DNA of 25,451 nt, taken from IMG/VR virus record IMGVR_UViG_2711768005_000002, one strand, 5' to 3'. Position numbers and translations under genes: made by a program. Positions 20,948-25,451 of the stretch are shown one piece after another. Under the pieces are notes generated by a model. The model worked only from the letters and a program-made list of their open reading frames with translations, did not search any database and was not told where the DNA came from. Origin of the DNA: a virus. Taxonomy: Duplodnaviria > Heunggongvirae > Uroviricota > Caudoviricetes. Each line of letters starts with the position of its first letter. The stretch's first letter is position 1.

Positions 20948-23900
20948 ATGGCAGTAAAGATTTCAGGTGTACTGAAAGACGGCACAGGAAAACCGGTACA
21001 GAACTGCACAATCCAGCTGAAAGCAAAACGTAACAGCACCACGGTGGTGGTGAACACGCTGGCCTCAGAAAATCCGGATGAAGCCGGGCGTTACAGCATG
21101 GACGTTGAGTACGGTCAGTACAGCGTTATTCTGTTGGTGGAAGGATTCCCGCCGTCACATGCCGGGACCATCACCGTGTATGAAGATTCCCGACCCGGTA
21201 CGCTGAATGATTTTCTCGGTGCCATGACGGAGGATGATGCCCGTCCTGAGGCACTGCGCCGCTTTGAACTGATGGTGGAAGAGGTGGCGCGTAACGCGTC
21301 CGCGGTGGCACAGAACACGGCAGCCGCGAAGAAATCAGCCAGCGATGCCAGCACATCAGCCCGTGAGGCGGCAACCCATGCGACTGATGCTGCAGATTCA
21401 GCACGTGCAGCCAGCACGTCAGCCGGACAGGCCGCTTCGTCGGCTCAGTCAGCGTCTTCCAGCGCAGGAACGGCATCAACAAAGGCCACTGAAGCCTCAA
21501 AAAGTGCTGCCGCTGCAGAGTCCTCAAAAAGCGCGGCGGCTACCAGTGCCGGTGCGGCGAAAACGTTAGAAACGAATGCGGCAGCGTCACAACAATCAGC
21601 AGCCACTTCTGCATCCACCGCGACCACGAAAGCGTCAGAAGCTGCCACCTCAGCCCGGGATGCGTCGGCTTCAAAAGAGGCGGCAAAATCATCAGAAACG
21701 AACGCATCATCAAGCGCCAGTAGCGCAGCTTCCTCGGCGACGGCGGCTGCAAATTCTGCGAAGGCGGCCAAAACGTCCGAGACGAACGCCAGGTCTTCTG
21801 AAACGGCAGCGGGACAGAGTGCCTCAGCTGCGGCAGGCTCAAAAACAGCGGCTGCGTCGTCTGCCAGCGCCGCGTCAACAAGTGCCGGGCAGGCCTCAGC
21901 CAGTGCCACCGCCGCCGGAAAATCGGCAGAAAGCGCCGCATCATCCGCTTCAACAGCCACAACGAAGGCTGGCGAAGCCACTGAGCAGGCCACGGCAGCA
22001 GCGAGGTCAGCTTCCGCAGCGAAGACATCCGAAACGAACGCGAAAGCGTCGGAAACCCGTGCAGAATCCTCAAAAACGGCTGCCGCATCGTCCGCCAGTT
22101 CGGCGGCGTCATCGGCATCATCGGCGTCTGCTTCAAAAGATGAGGCGACCAGACAGGCGTCAGCAGCGAAGGGCAGCGCCACGACGGCATCCACGAAGGC
22201 GACAGAGGCTGCTGGTAGTGCGACGGCAGCAGCTCAGAGCAAAAGTACGGCGGAATCTGCAGCAACGCGCGCTGAGACAGCGGCAAAACGGGCAGAGGAT
22301 ATTGCATCCGCCGTGGCGCTTGAGGATGCGAGCACGACGAAAAAGGGGATAGTACAGCTCAGTAGTGCGACTAACAGCACTTCCGAGTCACTGGCGGCAA
22401 CACCAAAAGCCGTTAAGGCCGCGTATGACCTGGCTAACGGGAAATACACCGCACAGGATGCAACGACAGCACAGAAAGGGATAATCCAGCTAAGCAGCGC
22501 GACCAACAGCACGTCTGAAACGCTGGCGGCAACGCCAAAGGCAGTAAAAGCAGCCAATGACAATGCTGAGAAACGTCTGCAGAAAGATCAGAACGGTGCG
22601 GATATCCCTGGCAAAGACACCTTTACGAAAAATATTGGTGCCTGCCGTGCCTTCGGTGGGTCAGTAAGCACAACAACAGGAAACTGGACGACTGCACAGT
22701 TTATCGAGTGGCTGGATTCTCAGGGAGCATTTAACCATCCATACTGGATGTGCAAGGGTTCCTGGTCTTATGGCAATAATAAAATCATTACTGATACTGG
22801 CTGCGGTAATATTCATCTCGCCGGAGCTGTCATTGAAGTAATGGGGATAAAGTCAGCGATGACGATCCGCATTACCACTCCGACCACATCCAGCGGTGGC
22901 GGAACAACCAACGCCCAGTTTACCTATATTAATCACGGAACAGATTATTCACCTGGCTGGCGAAGGGACTATAACTCCAGAAATAAGCCAACGGCATCAG
23001 AGATCGGGGCGCTACCGTCAGGTGGAACAGCAGTATCATCAGTTAATCTGGCTTCAAAAGGTCGGGTAGCCGCGCTGACAGACAATACGCAGGGGGCAGC
23101 AGGTCTTGAGTTATACGAGGTGTATAACAACGGATATCCAACAGCGTATGGAAATATCATTCACCTGAAAGGGATGACAGCCGTTGGCGAAGGTGAGTTA
23201 CTCATCGGCTGGAGTGGTACAAGCGGTGCTCATGCTCCGGCATTTATTCGTTCACGACGGGATACGACCGACGCAAACTGGTCGCCGTGGGCGCAGCTTT
23301 ACACCTCGGCTCATCCTCCTGCAGAGTTTTATCCAGTCGGTGCACCAATCCCGTGGCCATCAGATACCGTTCCGTCTGGTTATGCCCTGATGCAGGGGCA
23401 GACTTTTGACAAATCTGCTTACCCGAAACTTGCAGCCGCTTATCCGTCAGGCGTGATCCCTGATATGCGTGGCTGGACGATTAAGGGCAAGCCCGCCAGT
23501 GGTCGTGCCGTATTGTCTCAGGAACAGGATGGCATTAAATCGCACACCCACAGCGCCAGCGCATCCAGTACGGATTTGGGGACGAAAACCACATCGTCGT
23601 TTGATTACGGCACTAAATCCACGAATAACACCGGGGCGCATACGCACAGTCTGAGCGGCTCTACAAGTTCAGCTGGGGCCCACCAACATAGTCAGACTGG
23701 GCCCAGAACGAATAGCGGGAGTCAACCTACTGGAATGTTTCCGGCAGGGAGTACTCAAGTTAGCGGGACTAATCAGGTTGGTATCAGTGGCTCATTAACC
23801 AGTGGCACCTCCCAATGGGTAGGTAAATCATCTTCAGAAGGAAACCATACACACTCACTGTCCGGCACAGCAGCATCTGCGGGTGCACACGCGCATACTG

Positions 23901-24031
23901 TCGGTATTGGTGCTCATACGCACTCTGTTGCGATTGGTTCACATGGACACACCATCACCGTTAACGCTGCTGGTAACGCGGAAAACACCGTCAAAAACAT
24001 CGCATTTAACTATATTGTGAGGCTCGCATAA
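20948..24031 (+). CDS. stf: side tail fibre protein Stf (mosaic; about 1027 aa)
   Basis: N-terminus [81 protein letters not shown] matches lambda Stf. Long Ala/Ser/Thr-rich low-complexity region, tandem fibre-repeat units, and a C-terminus with HxH repeats ending ...[31 protein letters not shown] as in lambda. ATG at 20948 preferred over the GTG at 20942. Confidence 0.9.
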   Translation: MAVKISGVLKDGTGKPVQNCTIQLKAKRNSTTVVVNTLASENPDEAGRYSMDVEYGQYSVILLVEGFPPSHAGTITVYEDSRPGTLNDFLGAMTEDDARPEALRRFELMVEEVARNASAVAQNTAAAKKSASDASTSAREAATHATDAADSARAASTSAGQAASSAQSASSSAGTASTKATEASKSAAAAESSKSAAATSAGAAKTLETNAAASQQSAATSASTATTKASEAATSARDASASKEAAKSSETNASSSASSAASSATAAANSAKAAKTSETNARSSETAAGQSASAAAGSKTAAASSASAASTSAGQASASATAAGKSAESAASSASTATTKAGEATEQATAAARSASAAKTSETNAKASETRAESSKTAAASSASSAASSASSASASKDEATRQASAAKGSATTASTKATEAAGSATAAAQSKSTAESAATRAETAAKRAEDIASAVALEDASTTKKGIVQLSSATNSTSESLAATPKAVKAAYDLANGKYTAQDATTAQKGIIQLSSATNSTSETLAATPKAVKAANDNAEKRLQKDQNGADIPGKDTFTKNIGACRAFGGSVSTTTGNWTTAQFIEWLDSQGAFNHPYWMCKGSWSYGNNKIITDTGCGNIHLAGAVIEVMGIKSAMTIRITTPTTSSGGGTTNAQFTYINHGTDYSPGWRRDYNSRNKPTASEIGALPSGGTAVSSVNLASKGRVAALTDNTQGAAGLELYEVYNNGYPTAYGNIIHLKGMTAVGEGELLIGWSGTSGAHAPAFIRSRRDTTDANWSPWAQLYTSAHPPAEFYPVGAPIPWPSDTVPSGYALMQGQTFDKSAYPKLAAAYPSGVIPDMRGWTIKGKPASGRAVLSQEQDGIKSHTHSASASSTDLGTKTTSSFDYGTKSTNNTGAHTHSLSGSTSSAGAHQHSQTGPRTNSGSQPTGMFPAGSTQVSGTNQVGISGSLTSGTSQWVGKSSSEGNHTHSLSGTAASAGAHAHTVGIGAHTHSVAIGSHGHTITVNAAGNAENTVKNIAFNYIVRLA

Positions 24032-24612
24032 TGGCATTCAGAATGAGTGAACAAGCACGGACCATAAAAATTTATAACCTGCTGGCCGGAACTAATGAAT
24101 TTATTGGTGAAGGTGACGCATATATTCCGCCTCATACAGGTCTGCCTGCAAACAGTACCGATATTGCACCGCCAGATATTCCGGCTGGTTTCGTGGCTGT
24201 TTTCAACAGTGATGAGTCATCGTGGCATCTCGTTGAAGATCATCGGGGTAAAACGGTTTATGACGTGGCTTCCGGCGACGCGTTATTTATTTCTGAACTC
24301 GGCTCATTACCGGAAAATGTCACCTGGTTATCCCCGGAAGGGGAGTTTCAGAAGTGGAACGGCACAGCCTGGGTGAAGGATACGGAAGCAGAAAAACTGT
24401 TCCGGATCCGGGAGGCGGAAGAAACAAAAAACAGCCTGATGCAGGTAGCCAGTGAGCATATAGCGCCGCTTCAGGATGCTGTGGATCTGGAGATCGCAAC
24501 GGAGAAAGAAACCTTGTTGCTGGAAGCTTGGAAAAAGTATCGGGTGTTGCTGAACCGTGTTGATACATCAACTGCACCGGATATTGAATGGCCAGTAGCA
24601 CCTATAGGGTAA
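24031..24612 (+). CDS. tfa: tail fibre assembly protein
   Basis: 193 aa, [78 protein letters not shown]... = lambda Tfa; start overlaps the stf stop (TAATG). Confidence 0.9.
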   Translation: MAFRMSEQARTIKIYNLLAGTNEFIGEGDAYIPPHTGLPANSTDIAPPDIPAGFVAVFNSDESSWHLVEDHRGKTVYDVASGDALFISELGSLPENVTWLSPEGEFQKWNGTAWVKDTEAEKLFRIREAEETKNSLMQVASEHIAPLQDAVDLEIATEKETLLLEAWKKYRVLLNRVDTSTAPDIEWPVAPIG

Positions 24613-24698
24613 ATTCGTAATGATTACCTAAATACGTTATTCTTTTGTTAAAAAAGTGATTTTGCTATAGGTAGGGAGTATGTTCTTGGATTAAGAAT

Positions 24699-24729
24699 AA
24701 AAAATCGCCATGAAAGAGCTTCATGGCGA
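24699..24729 (-). terminator. Rho-independent terminator oriented for the minus strand
   Basis: Plus strand reads AAAAAA-TCGCCATGAA-AGAGC-TTCATGGCGA: a perfect 10-bp stem with 5-nt loop. On the minus strand the stem is followed by a T-run; on the plus strand no T-run follows. Confidence 0.6.
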
Positions 24730-25361
24730 GTACATAAACGTACAAAATGTGATGAAAGTAGAGTGGCGTAAGCCACTATATTAAGATATGACAATAGCGA
24801 AGAAAAGTAAATAACATTTTATGGACGTTTAATTGTTAATTATAAAAACTAGAGTGCCCGATATTGTTTATCTTGCTTTAAAATAATGTACTCAAACCAA
24901 ATTTTTGAGCTAAAAGCTCAAATAATATAAATGCAATAATAATGTTTAATAAGACAATTAGCTTGCTTTGTATTTTCATTTCGGAATACTGTTAAGTAAC
25001 TTTGATGACCCTAACAATAGATCGGAATTTTCTTAGAGTCAATGGTCACTGTTTTTGCTTGCAAAGCAAATGTTTTGGTGGTTATAAGTCGTCTTAATAT
25101 AGTCACGCATGCAACTTGTTCCATGCGGAGATTAAAGATTGGAATATAACGCGAAGATGGAATTAAATTACATTTGCAATAATTAATTTATTATTACTCA
25201 ATAATTACCGATATTATTATTGTAAATTAATCATTAGAATGCAAAAAGAAATGTAACGGCAAAATAAGAGGACGATAGCTGAGAAAAAAGCGTGCTTTCC
25301 CAATCTGGGGCAAATCACGTCTGAATGACACCTGAAAACAGGTGGTAGCCTCAAGAAGGCT

Positions 25362-25451
25362 GGTGATGCTGCCAACTTACTGATTTAGTGTATGATGGTG
25401 TTTTTGAGGTGCTCCAGTGGCTTCTGTTTCTATCAGCTGTCCCTCCTGTTC
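25362..25451 (+). mobile_element. insA: IS1 insertion sequence, left terminal inverted repeat and first 90 bp (continues beyond the window); insA begins with GTG at 25417
   Basis: GGTGATGCTGCCAACTTACTGATTTAGTGTATGATGGTGTTTTTGAGGTGCTCCAGTGGCTTCTGTTTCTATCAGCTGTCCCTCCTGTTC is the canonical IS1 left end, and MASVSISCPSC is the InsA N-terminus. Confidence 0.9.

Noticed and set aside
21115-22563. Several long ORFs (up to 258 aa) on both strands within the stf Ala/Ser-rich repeat region
   Set aside because: Artefacts of the GC-rich, codon-periodic low-complexity repeat; their translations are poly-Ala, Arg or Pro junk overlapping the Stf frame.
24709-24783. 24-aa plus-strand ORF MKELHGEYINVQNVMKVEWRKPLY
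   Set aside because: Starts inside the terminator hairpin, has no Shine-Dalgarno motif and is too short to support.

Overview
This window is the virion-morphogenesis (late) region of a lambda-type prophage, read left to right and colinear with phage lambda from the cos site to the tail-fibre assembly gene. All calls are from reading the sequence and ORF track against remembered lambda proteins; no search was run. Layout: (1) 1-1158 is the end of the phage right arm, holding a two-gene minus-strand cassette (726-959, a small ribbon-helix-helix-like protein; 258-668, a markedly low-GC unknown protein). (2) cos lies at about 1129-1345, with a variant cosN. (3) nu1-A-W-B-C/nu3-D-E-FI-FII-Z-U-V-G/T-H-M-L-K-I-J follow on the + strand with lambda-like overlaps and the G-T slippery site. 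(4) lom is frameshifted, then a long mosaic stf and tfa. (5) 24613-25361 is an AT-rich segment with no long ORF, ending in the first 90 bp of an IS1 element. Four N-runs (14823-15131, 15453-15898, 17846-18137, 20033-20503) hide parts of L, K and J and the J-lom junction. No integrase, tRNA or CRISPR array is visible. The best candidates for something undescribed are the 258-959 cassette and the AT-rich tfa-to-IS1 segment; both need homology and structure searches I could not run.
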